Shown: piece by piece, positions 20,261-29,375 of the stretch
Layout: each line of letters begins with the position of its first letter
How positions within the stretch are numbered: the first letter of the stretch is position 1
NCBI GenBank assembly: GCA_965659815.1
Contig: CBFHXO010000004.1
Location: 181 to 64,180 of the forward strand
Source: Pseudomonadales bacterium
GTDB lineage: Bacteria; Pseudomonadota; Gammaproteobacteria; Pseudomonadales; UBA7434
DNA: 64,000 nucleotides
Direction: 5' to 3'
The notes under the pieces: model-generated
Databases searched by the model: none
The model's input: the letters and a program-made list of their open reading frames with translations, nothing else
Told to the model about the DNA's origin: nothing
Translations under genes and position numbers: made by a program

Positions 20261-23110
20261 TTATTCCCACTCAAAAATAACATCGACACCAAAGGTTCGC
20301 GGCATACCGTATGCCGCAATATCGTAAACGGTGGCATTTAGCTCAAACCGCTGGGTCTGGTATTGGTTATCAAACAGGTTTTGCGACCACAGCGCCGTAC
20401 GCACCACACCGTAGTCCAGAACAAACTCGGCTTGCACACGCAGATCCCAAAGATGGCGCGCATCAACTTTTAAGGTGTCGTTAACAAAGAAGGGATCTTT
20501 GTAGTTATAGCCTAAGTGAAAAAACAGCTCACCAAAATCGGTAGGTAGTCGATAATCTAACGCTGTTGTCCATGAACTCTCTGGCGCACCAAAGTTACTC
20601 TTGCGCTCAGTACAACGACCGCGGTCAAGATCTAAACGTCGCAAACCACCGGTACAACGGCGGGTTAATTCACCCAACTGCACTTCCAGCACAGGATCAC
20701 CCAATGCCGTTGCCGGGTCAAAACCACGACCAAAGTCAGGCACAAACGGCGTGGTGTATTCATCGGAACCCGAGCGCAATAAAGCATAGTTTGCGGTTAG
20801 CGTTAACTCATCAGTCAGGTTCCAGCGAGTATCTAGCTCAAGCCCATACGCATAGCCATCGGCATTCACCACCGCACGCGAAATTGGCGAGGTAGGGAAA
20901 ACCACGGTTTCCTGCCCATCGTCAATATCGGAATAGTAAGACGCCAGTTCAAATTCAGCCAGGCCGTTCCATAATGCGCCCTTCATACCAAACTCATAGG
21001 CAATCTGCGACTCACCCTCAAACTTGAGATCACTGCCTGTTGAACCTTGCAAAGAGCCCTCAACCACCGGCAACTGTCTTGCCTCAACATTAAAGTTACC
21101 GGAGCGAAAGCCACTGGCCACACTAAAGTAGGCCGTAACCTCTTCCGATACATCGTAAGCCAACTTGATTTTAGGGTCGAACGACTCCCAAACATCGGAC
21201 TCTGTCTCAACATCTCCTCTTATATCGAGACTAAAAGCATACAACCCCTGGCGCTTAAGCTCTCTTTCGTCACGGGTATAACGGCCGGCAAGCGTAATCG
21301 TTAAGCGCTCATCCAGCCAGAGCGGCGTGTAATCAAATGATGAGTACAGACCAAGAACGTCACTATTTAGCCGGTTAAGGCTGACAAAACTAAAACCAAA
21401 CCCATCGGTTTCACCTCGCGACGGACGACCGAAATCGAGCAAGTCAATAACGTCGAGGTAAAGTTCGTTTTCTCCATCAAGCTGACGACCATTACCGGTT
21501 CGCTCATTGAAGTAATACACACCTGCTACATAGGACAGCCTGTCATCTAGGAAATAGCCACTTTGTTTCAGCTCAAGACTCCATTGCTTGTGATCGCGTA
21601 GCGAAGCAACACCCCCTGGTGGGCTGGAAAATACCGAAGTCAGCATATTCCTCAGCTGAAAGTTCGAAAATGTAGTGGATGATGCGATCTGATTGATTGG
21701 ATCAAAGCCTGGCGGAGCGGTTGGTGGTAATGACGTTGGTGTCAAACCACAGTTAATTGGCCCAGAGCCTGAATAGGGCTCACAACCCAGATAACCCAAT
21801 AACGTATTGCCCAATGCACTGCCTGAATTTGCGGCAATACCGAAGGGTGACAGGTTCTCAAACCCAGGTGCTGAATACTCATAAGGTATTTGCGTGTATT
21901 CTCGCCCTTCGATTATATCAAATATAAGGCTTCGGGGACTTTGTGCAATCGACTCTGACAGTAACGATTGGGAGGCGACATTCGGAAAAAAGTAAAAGGT
22001 ACCATTAACATCAGATGTACGATGCGTACCAACAAAACTCAACGTATGCGCCTCAGACCAGGCCCATTCAAAGTTCAAACCGTGGCCATCGGCTGCTGTT
22101 GTACTGTTTTCAATTTCCCGAATGGTTGCAGTGGTTTCGTCTAATCGACGGGATCCCAGTGGATCTAGAAAAATCTCCTGTGGGCCAAAATCATCCGAAA
22201 ATGCATCTTCCTGGAAAATAGCAATATTAGCTGGCGCATTGCCTCTGCGTCGGTAGTCGGCCCGGTTAAATTCCGTCTTGCCCTCTAACAGCAGTGGCTG
22301 GTAATAAATCGGCTGGGTAATAAAGTCAGAGTTGTCGTAGCTGTAGTCGAGCGTTATATTTTCTGAGGCATGCCAGCGAAAGGTAAAGCGATAACCTTCG
22401 CGATCGTAGCCATTAAAGTCGACACCCAAACCTTTATTCTCTACCCAGCCCTCTGCCGTATTCTTAAAACCGCCCATACGCACGGCCAAGTTATCGGTAA
22501 TGGGTAGGTTCAGGATACCCGTTACATTGCGTCGTTCGAAATTACCCACTTTGGTTTCAAGCCGACCATAAATGCCTTCGACATCGGCTTTGGCAGTAAT
22601 CAGGTTGATAGTGCCACCAATGGCATTACGGCCAAAGGTAAACCCCTGTGGACCTTTAAGCACTTCGACGCGCTCAAGGTCAATAATATCAAATACCAGG
22701 CCGCTGGCTCGGCCCAAAAATGCACCGTCGACGTAAAGACCTACTTTACTCTCAACACCTAACTGCGAATCACGTGCGCCGATACCACGCAGGGTAAAAC
22801 GCAAACCTTGTGCACCTGACGGCGATGACGTTAGACCGGGAACCGCGTTAGAAATATCAGCAAAACCTTTAATCTGCTGGGTTTCAAGATCCTCCAAATC
22901 AAATGCGTCAATCGATTCGGTTAAATCCAGCGTGTTATCATCTTGCCTTTCGGCTTCGATAATCACCTCTTCCATGGTTTGCGCATTGAGCCTTGCCGGC
23001 AATAACAACGCCACTGACATTAATATCAACAACATTAAAGCCAACGAAACATGGGAATAACGATCCGGCATTGAAAAGGAATTGATTTTTTGACTGATTA
23101 CAGCTCGCAT
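20261..23110 (-). CDS. TonB-dependent receptor
   Basis: 949 aa. Signal peptide; plug domain (LEVLKGPQGFTFGRNAIGGTINL); long barrel ending in a C-terminal aromatic residue (...VIFEWE). The real start may be the internal ATG at 23071. Confidence 0.9.
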   Translation of the reverse strand: MRAVISQKINSFSMPDRYSHVSLALMLLILMSVALLLPARLNAQTMEEVIIEAERQDDNTLDLTESIDAFDLEDLETQQIKGFADISNAVPGLTSSPSGAQGLRFTLRGIGARDSQLGVESKVGLYVDGAFLGRASGLVFDIIDLERVEVLKGPQGFTFGRNAIGGTINLITAKADVEGIYGRLETKVGNFERRNVTGILNLPITDNLAVRMGGFKNTAEGWVENKGLGVDFNGYDREGYRFTFRWHASENITLDYSYDNSDFITQPIYYQPLLLEGKTEFNRADYRRRGNAPANIAIFQEDAFSDDFGPQEIFLDPLGSRRLDETTATIREIENSTTAADGHGLNFEWAWSEAHTLSFVGTHRTSDVNGTFYFFPNVASQSLLSESIAQSPRSLIFDIIEGREYTQIPYEYSAPGFENLSPFGIAANSGSALGNTLLGYLGCEPYSGSGPINCGLTPTSLPPTAPPGFDPINQIASSTTFSNFQLRNMLTSVFSSPPGGVASLRDHKQWSLELKQSGYFLDDRLSYVAGVYYFNERTGNGRQLDGENELYLDVIDLLDFGRPSRGETDGFGFSFVSLNRLNSDVLGLYSSFDYTPLWLDERLTITLAGRYTRDERELKRQGLYAFSLDIRGDVETESDVWESFDPKIKLAYDVSEEVTAYFSVASGFRSGNFNVEARQLPVVEGSLQGSTGSDLKFEGESQIAYEFGMKGALWNGLAEFELASYYSDIDDGQETVVFPTSPISRAVVNADGYAYGLELDTRWNLTDELTLTANYALLRSGSDEYTTPFVPDFGRGFDPATALGDPVLEVQLGELTRRCTGGLRRLDLDRGRCTERKSNFGAPESSWTTALDYRLPTDFGELFFHLGYNYKDPFFVNDTLKVDARHLWDLRVQAEFVLDYGVVRTALWSQNLFDNQYQTQRFELNATVYDIAAYGMPRTFGVDVIFEWE

Positions 23111-23254
23111 CGATGCAAACCCTTATTGTTTAATTATGACTCGCCCAGTGGATTGGGGTAATGTATTATCTGATCCATAGCAACTTTGTAAGCGTAATTA
23201 GATATAACCAAGTTCCACTACGTGGTTCCAATTCGAATACAAAAATGGATGTTT

Positions 23255-23270
23255 GCAAAAACGTTTTTGC
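23255..23270. promoter_or_regulatory. perfect 16-bp palindrome GCAAAAACGTTTTTGC upstream of the TonB-dependent receptor (LacI-family-operator-like)
   Basis: The palindrome is read directly and lies about 150 bp upstream of the receptor start. The resemblance to TGCAAACGTTTGCA-type LacI operators is from recall. Confidence 0.35.
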
Positions 23271-24043
23271 GTACTTATTATCGTATTGATACTCGCATTT
23301 ACCTGTTCGACCTTATTGCTTAAATCAGTTGGCCAACTCAGTTGATGAGACCAGCTAATCGTTTCAGCGTTGATTTACTTAACGAAAACACGCTTGTCAC
23401 GCCAACCCTGACCAACATGCTCACTGCTTGCAGACTGACCTTACTGCAATAAGTGAAATCATCGAGCATCACATGCTGGGTTATAGAGCGGGAGACGCGC
23501 TTGATCTCCGTCGAAGCAACCTGCCATATGCATTAATCGAGTTCATTGATCGATTATCTCTTAACGCTATTACTAATTGGTTTGCAAAACTAAAAAAAAT
23601 TAAATGGCACTAGTTGATGGCAAAACAATTAAGCTAAAGCATTTATCGTTGGCTGTCGAACGCGAACAAATTCTACACCAACAACAAACACATGCAACCG
23701 TTATTTGGTGTCAGAAAAAGCCAAAGCCAATGCAATTAATATCATTAAAACGCATTTCAATGCGACGACGGCACAAACAAAACGAAGGGTTATTAAAACG
23801 GGTAGAATTTAAACGAATCGTTGCTATGAAGGCCATTTTGTTATCGCTATTACAGGCAGCAACCCCTCCGTAATTGTGAGTATTATAGAGTAACTTGGTT
23901 CATGTATCGGACCAATAAAAACCCGGCTTACGATAAAAAGCGCCCCAGTCTGGCACCTTTGATTGCCGCCTATGTTGGCAGCAAATAAATTTTAGTGCGC
24001 CAGCTTGCCTGACGCTACAACTAGCAAAGCAAAATCAACAGGC

Positions 24044-24077
24044 AAAAAAAACCCGCCAATGAAGGCGGGTTTTTTTA
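24044..24077. terminator. bidirectional Rho-independent terminator
   Basis: A-run, then ACCCGCC-aatgaa-GGCGGGT, then a T-run. It lies directly downstream of the minus-strand gene that ends at 24095. Confidence 0.8.
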
Positions 24078-24094
24078 CATCAACGAATTAGCAA

Positions 24095-25282
24095 TTAAGA
24101 AACTCGACGACGCAGACGGACAGCGACTGCAACCAAGCCACCGAACAGAGCGGCTAAGCCAAACGCGCCCATTGCTGGAACGTTTTTGCTGGTATTTTGC
24201 TCCAGTGAACGCTGCTTGCTTACGCGCGGGAAATCGAACGTAGTAAAAGACTGTGCCTTACCTACGTTAATTCCATCTAGAGTATCAAACGCGATGTCAG
24301 TAATGTGCTGATATCCACCGCCTGTTGCTACGAAGTCACCACCGTTAAGAGTACCAGTGTGAGTAATTTCGAAGTAACCGCCTGAGCGTCGGCCTTGGAA
24401 GTCATGCAGAACTTCACCGTTTGCATTTTGCGTAGCATCACCAGAAACAAACACTACTGGGTTCGCACCTTGAAGATTGTATGGAGTACCGGGTGCTGTG
24501 AAAGTCCAGATATTGCCATCGCCTTCACAGGTTGCCTGATCAGGAGTACCGTTTGGAGCAAAGGTAGTGCCATCTATGCAGAACTCAACTTTGCCTGCAT
24601 CACCTTCTTGCCATGCCAAAGTTGGGAAGCTATTCAGGCCACCCCAGTTAGCAGTGTAACGTGCGTTTTGAGGGATAGTAGGAATTGGCGCACCAACTAC
24701 CGCTACCTGACTGCCTGCACCCCAACCACGTGAACAACCATTTGTGGTGCTGGCAGTGGGATCAAAGGTACCACAAAGGTATCCTGCATCTCTCAAATCA
24801 GCCCATTCTACGCCAATCGCAGTCGTGGGAGCTGGAAGGTTCTCGCAGCGGAAAATACCGTCACCATCATTAGCGTCGTTAGTAACTGTACATCCAAAAT
24901 CTTTACCTGGGGTGTAAGTACGCCCAGAAGGACGGATGTCATGCTGGAGACCATTCGCGCTGAAATATGCAGATTGAGTGCTAGTTAAGGTGTAATCAAG
25001 TACGTCACCGGTTAACTCATCAATGACTACACGAATAGTTGAAGCCCAGCCGTCACCGTCGCCTGCACCTGCGTTAGCCGCAATACGTGGCATTTGATAT
25101 ACAGCAGGAACGTTAGAGATTGAAGGTGGATTTGGAGCTGGTAAGTTTTGAATATTGGTTAACTGAGCTACTGCGCGGCCTTGCATGTTGATCTCGATGG
25201 TACCTGCGTTCACGACAGAGCTTCCGCCCGCAAGTACGATCGCAGCCATCAGCGGCGATACAGCGTGGTTTAATTTTTTCAT
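24095..25282 (-). CDS. secreted protein with a C-terminal PEP-CTERM-like / IPTLxxWG-like sorting signal (putative exosortase substrate)
   Basis: 395 aa. Signal peptide ...SSVVNA; three spaced Cys pairs; G/T/N-rich. The C-terminus is NVPAMGAFG-LAALFGGLVAVAV-RLRRRVS (motif, TM helix, Arg cluster). Confidence 0.75.
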   Translation of the reverse strand: MKKLNHAVSPLMAAIVLAGGSSVVNAGTIEINMQGRAVAQLTNIQNLPAPNPPSISNVPAVYQMPRIAANAGAGDGDGWASTIRVVIDELTGDVLDYTLTSTQSAYFSANGLQHDIRPSGRTYTPGKDFGCTVTNDANDGDGIFRCENLPAPTTAIGVEWADLRDAGYLCGTFDPTASTTNGCSRGWGAGSQVAVVGAPIPTIPQNARYTANWGGLNSFPTLAWQEGDAGKVEFCIDGTTFAPNGTPDQATCEGDGNIWTFTAPGTPYNLQGANPVVFVSGDATQNANGEVLHDFQGRRSGGYFEITHTGTLNGGDFVATGGGYQHITDIAFDTLDGINVGKAQSFTTFDFPRVSKQRSLEQNTSKNVPAMGAFGLAALFGGLVAVAVRLRRRVS

Positions 25283-25756
25283 TCTAATTCTCCGAAATAC
25301 AAATTATATGAGTTATTTTGAGTATCAAACGAACATTAATTGTCGTTGATAAGCCATCGTTATTATCTTGGGCTCTCGCCCTGGGCAGTTGTCCCTAACA
25401 ATTATCCTTAGCTAATCTCATGACACGCAAAAGCCTTGCCTGAAATAGAACAAAAACCACGCTAAGCGTGTTTTTGAGGATTCCAATTTTATCAGCGTAG
25501 ACCCTTATTCAATGGCTATCAAATCGTTAATGTCCGTCGGGCTAAGATATAACCATACTATTGCTCATTATTTATTAACACAAAAGTGCATCGTAAGGGC
25601 ATCTGATATCCCCTAAAACACAGATTTCAGCCTTTATATTTTTTTTGTTATATTAATCAAGGTCTTAGCTATGCAGGTAGATTCAGCTCAAGTTTCAGTG
25701 CATTGACATAAATCGGTCAAATATTGATTCGCACAGTCAAATGTTTCTTTTTCCGT

Positions 25757-26494
25757 TTATTTGCCAGCCGTCTTAGCTAAGCCGCTGGGAGATGTAATCT
25801 CAGAAAAATTCATAACTTTAAAAATTTCATCAGGCTTGCAATCAGGTGAGCACACGTATCCAAAAGCCCTATATGCGCGGTGATCAAGCCCTATAGCTGG
25901 CTCGCCAAGGCTAGCAATAATCATTTTTTGCTCGATCTCGTCTTGATTAACGCTCACCAGCTCAAGGACTCTCTCCACGGGTAGCTCGTCGGGATTTGGA
26001 AGCCCAACAGATCGCGGCACGTCGGCAAGAGCATCAACTATTGCCTGCTCGTTAAGCCACTTATAGCTAACCGAAGTAAAGTGTACAGCGTGCCCAACTG
26101 TATTATCCCGGTCTGCCAAATTATCAATAACTTGCGCGTTCAGAGCTTGGAAAACAGGTACAACAGCAAACCCATAGGCATCAAATCTAGTCACCCAGGC
26201 CTCGCCCTCTAAGCTTTGTAATCGGTGACCATGGTCATAACACGCAATAGACAATATTGTTTTTAATTCAGCAGACAAGTCCTCCGCTTTGATCGCCCGC
26301 TCGGGTGCGCCCGCACAATCCATGACCTCACTGCGCTTATTGATGATTTTCTGCTTAGCCTTCAATTGCTCGACATATTGCTCCGCGGCGCTTAACGGCA
26401 TCGGCTCGACAGTTTCTTCTTGTCGATAACTTGACCGCTCCCAAATGAAACCGATAATGATTACTGGAATTAATATAAGAATTATTTTTTTCAT
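25757..26494 (-). CDS. hypothetical membrane-anchored protein
   Basis: 245 aa. N-terminal TM MKKIILILIPVIIIGFIW followed by an acidic soluble domain. I recognise no family. Confidence 0.6.
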   Translation of the reverse strand: MKKIILILIPVIIIGFIWERSSYRQEETVEPMPLSAAEQYVEQLKAKQKIINKRSEVMDCAGAPERAIKAEDLSAELKTILSIACYDHGHRLQSLEGEAWVTRFDAYGFAVVPVFQALNAQVIDNLADRDNTVGHAVHFTSVSYKWLNEQAIVDALADVPRSVGLPNPDELPVERVLELVSVNQDEIEQKMIIASLGEPAIGLDHRAYRAFGYVCSPDCKPDEIFKVMNFSEITSPSGLAKTAGK

Positions 26495-26882
26495 GATTAC
26501 ACCTCAAACGCTGCCATTCTGCCGAGTGCTACTCACTCAGATCAAATAAATCGTGAAATGATTTTCCTAAAGCTCTGCAACAAAGCATAATGTGGAATTC
26601 ATCTTCGCAAGATTTAAGTATAATTCTAGATAGATACTTAATTCAAAATCTTTACAAAAACACATAATTCCCATACTCGCCAGCACAGCACACGCAGCCT
26701 TTCAAAGAGTATATCTTCGATTGCAATGCCTCATTCTAAAGTGTAGCTGTGCACACGAAATAATCGAACTGTTATAACAGTATTGCTAAGCGGCTATGCG
26801 ATAAATATAATACTCAAGACCCCATCCTCCGGTTACAGCGTTTCAATCGGAGCAAAAAAATCAAGCTGCTAAAGGGCGCACC

Positions 26883-27434
26883 ATGCGACTCAGCGACAAT
26901 CAATACGCGAAGAAGTTTGTAGACAAGTATCCGATCATTACCGTCCGAATACCCGGTTGGGAAAGCTTAAATCCACTATTAGAGCAAGGTATAAGAGCTT
27001 CTGGCGACAAACAAAGCCACACCACAAACGTCAAAGCCGATATGACCGACTTCCAAATGTGGGAGCAGGACAAACCTGCCTACCAGCAGTTCCAAGTTAT
27101 CTGCAAACATGCGGTTCAGCTAGCATTTGACAATGCTCCTGCGCAAAGTAAACCACACTTCAACCCGGTCATTACCGAGATATGGGGGGCGATTTATCGA
27201 AAAAGTGAACACACCATATTACATGATCACTGGCCGTCGACGTGGAGTTTTACCTATTATGTAAATGTATCGGATGACTGCTCTCCAATTGTTTTTCCAG
27301 ATGCAAACATCTCACTGAAACCAAAAAATGGAATGATGTGTATGTTTCCAGGGTGGGTAGCCCACAAAGTACCCAAACAAAAAACAAATTATGAACGCGT
27401 GATGGTAGCTGGTAACATTAGCGACAAACCATAA
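26883..27434 (+). CDS. putative 2OG-Fe(II) oxygenase (small ~200-aa family)
   Basis: 183 aa with the pattern H-D-H...YYVN...P..G....FPGWVAH.V......ERV..AGN. This is typical of the small putative 2OG-Fe(II) oxygenase family, assigned from recall. Confidence 0.55.
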   Translation: MRLSDNQYAKKFVDKYPIITVRIPGWESLNPLLEQGIRASGDKQSHTTNVKADMTDFQMWEQDKPAYQQFQVICKHAVQLAFDNAPAQSKPHFNPVITEIWGAIYRKSEHTILHDHWPSTWSFTYYVNVSDDCSPIVFPDANISLKPKNGMMCMFPGWVAHKVPKQKTNYERVMVAGNISDKP

Positions 27435-27502
27435 GACACACCATAAGACAAAGCATGAAATGATGCATGGAATTTAACAGTATATGTATGCGCTAGCGGC
27501 AG

Positions 27503-28066
27503 CTAACTATGCTGTCGCTGATGCCGCTCAATCTTACTTCCCCAATAATAAAAATAAACCACTGCGATAATCCACAAACCCGCTGGTAAGATAGTGTGGT
27601 GAAAAATATCAAACACGTCGGTATGGTGAACATCAACCCAGAGTAACATGCTGATGCGAACCACATTAAACAAAAACATCAACCCAATACCAAAGAGTAT
27701 GCCAAGGACTTTTTGCCTAATACTACCCTCGTAGGCAATAATCGCCGCTGCCAACACACTGTAAATCCTTAATGCATCACAGCCCTCAACCACGGTTACC
27801 GAAGGGCCAGCGGCACTGGTAATGGTGCGGGCTAACAAGGTCACCTCCTCGCCAATCAGATTTAATAAGCCCGCCGATAACTCGGCGCAAAAACCCAGGT
27901 AGGCAAGAAACGGTAACGAGTCGATAAATAGCTGAAAATAAATAATTTGGAAAATTGCAAACACCATGGCGGCAACCGCAATAAAGTGAATGGCTTCGCC
28001 GTATTCTTCAATAAGAGCATCCAGTGACGAACGCTGATCCGGTGTATCTTCATTTTCATTAGTCAA
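27503..28066 (-). CDS. exosortase/archaeosortase-family protein (small, XrtH-like)
   Basis: 187 aa with about 5 TM segments. The Cys-Arg-His signature is in the expected order and context: VTVVEGCDALRIY, FNVVRISMLLW, DIFHHTILP. Confidence 0.65.
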   Translation of the reverse strand: MTNENEDTPDQRSSLDALIEEYGEAIHFIAVAAMVFAIFQIIYFQLFIDSLPFLAYLGFCAELSAGLLNLIGEEVTLLARTITSAAGPSVTVVEGCDALRIYSVLAAAIIAYEGSIRQKVLGILFGIGLMFLFNVVRISMLLWVDVHHTDVFDIFHHTILPAGLWIIAVVYFYYWGSKIERHQRQHS

Positions 28067-28275
28067 ACTTGGGCCCTGCCTGCGTTATTAAGGTTATAAG
28101 GATTATAGTAATAGGGGCTAGATAAAGTAATAGAGACTAGCCGATCGGTGTTCAGCTGCCTATCGCGGCTCACATTTCACCCTCGCCGCGCGGCCAGAGT
28201 ATAATTAAAGTTGCCCAACTCGGCTACTGCCAACCCGAATCACCAAGCTGATTGCAGCAAGTGGCACATATCACT

Positions 28276-28321
28276 CTCAACAGGTATAGCTCAACACATG
28301 TATAGCTCAACACAGGTGTAG
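28276..28321. repeat. three tandem copies of a ~16-bp unit (CTCAACACAKGTRTAG)
   Basis: Read directly in the divergent spacer between the exosortase-like gene and the yebC-family gene. Confidence 0.85.
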
Positions 28322-28612
28322 CACTATAATACTAGCTCCCTATCCTGCCGCTGTCGCTTTTTTGATAGATATCAGCTATTTATCAAGCCGCAAAACGCGC
28401 ATAAAGCGAGCCTGCAAACAACTCGTCAGGGCAATTTTTCCAATGGCAAGCTGTTGAGAAGAATTTTAATTCCAGTAAACTGCTCGCCCATTATCGCAGA
28501 CATTAGACATAGTCTAAAATTCAAACGCTGGCACAGCCAAACGAACAAGCCAAAACCACCGTCGACAAAACCGACCAACACGACCAATAAAGTAACCAGG
28601 AGCACCCGGATA

Positions 28613-29329
28613 ATGGGCAGAGCGTATCAAAACCGTAAAGAGTCCATGGCAAAAACCTCAGATGCAAAAGCCAGGGTCTACAGTAAGTATGCGCGCGAAA
28701 TCTATGTCTGCGCAAAAGCTAGTGGTATCGACCCAGACGGCAACCTGTCGTTGCGTGGTTTAATTGAGCGCGCCAAAAAAGACCAGGTGCCCACACACGT
28801 TATTGATAAAGCGATAGATAAAGCCAAAGGTGGTGGCGGTGAAGATTTTGAAACTGCGCGCTACGAAGGCTTTGGTCCTGGCGGCTGCATGGTGATCGTC
28901 GACTGTTTAACTGACAACGCGACGCGCACATTTAATGATGTCCGACTTTGCTTTACTAAAACCAACTGTAAAATCGGTACTCAGGGCAGTGTAAGCCATA
29001 TGTTTGACCATGCATTGATACTGGCCTTTAAAGGTGATGATGAAGACGCCACACTTGAAGCTTTAATGGAAGAAGATGTCGATGTCAGCGATATTGAATC
29101 TGAAAATGGCAACATCACTATCTTTGCGCCACACACCGACTATGGTAAAGCCAAGCAAGCGCTGCTTAACAGCTTTGGCGATCTCGACTTTGAAGTGGAT
29201 GAAATTCAGTTTTTACCGCAGAACACCACTCCGGTTAACCCTGACGATATCCCAATGTTTGAAAAATTTATGGATATGCTTAACGAGCTGGATGATGTGC
29301 AAAATGTTTATCATAATGCAGAGCTTTAG
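28613..29329 (+). CDS. YebC/PmpR-family DNA-binding transcriptional regulator
   Basis: Start at ATG 28613, preceded by [20 protein letters not shown]..., YEGFGPGG, and the C-terminal DDVQNVYHN motif. Confidence 0.9.
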   Translation: MGRAYQNRKESMAKTSDAKARVYSKYAREIYVCAKASGIDPDGNLSLRGLIERAKKDQVPTHVIDKAIDKAKGGGGEDFETARYEGFGPGGCMVIVDCLTDNATRTFNDVRLCFTKTNCKIGTQGSVSHMFDHALILAFKGDDEDATLEALMEEDVDVSDIESENGNITIFAPHTDYGKAKQALLNSFGDLDFEVDEIQFLPQNTTPVNPDDIPMFEKFMDMLNELDDVQNVYHNAEL

Positions 29330-29375
29330 CATCCGCGTCACTCAGACACACCGCGTGCAGTAAATAGGGCCGCTG

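Noticed and set aside
23205-23232. TGGAACCACGTAGTGGAACTT on the minus strand upstream of the TonB-dependent receptor, as a possible ECF-sigma -35 element (GGAACTT).
   Set aside because: No matching -10 element (TCTGA, TCAAA or CGTC) lies at 16-17 nt downstream, and no ECF sigma / anti-sigma pair is adjacent.
23428-23873. Two overlapping small ORFs (61 aa starting with TTG; 89 aa, basic) in the 984-bp gap, which could be a toxin-antitoxin-like pair.
   Set aside because: Neither has a recognisable SD, neither has a motif I recognise, and the region is AT-rich so ORFs arise easily. An upstream third frame suggests at most fragments of a decayed gene. I therefore left them unannotated.
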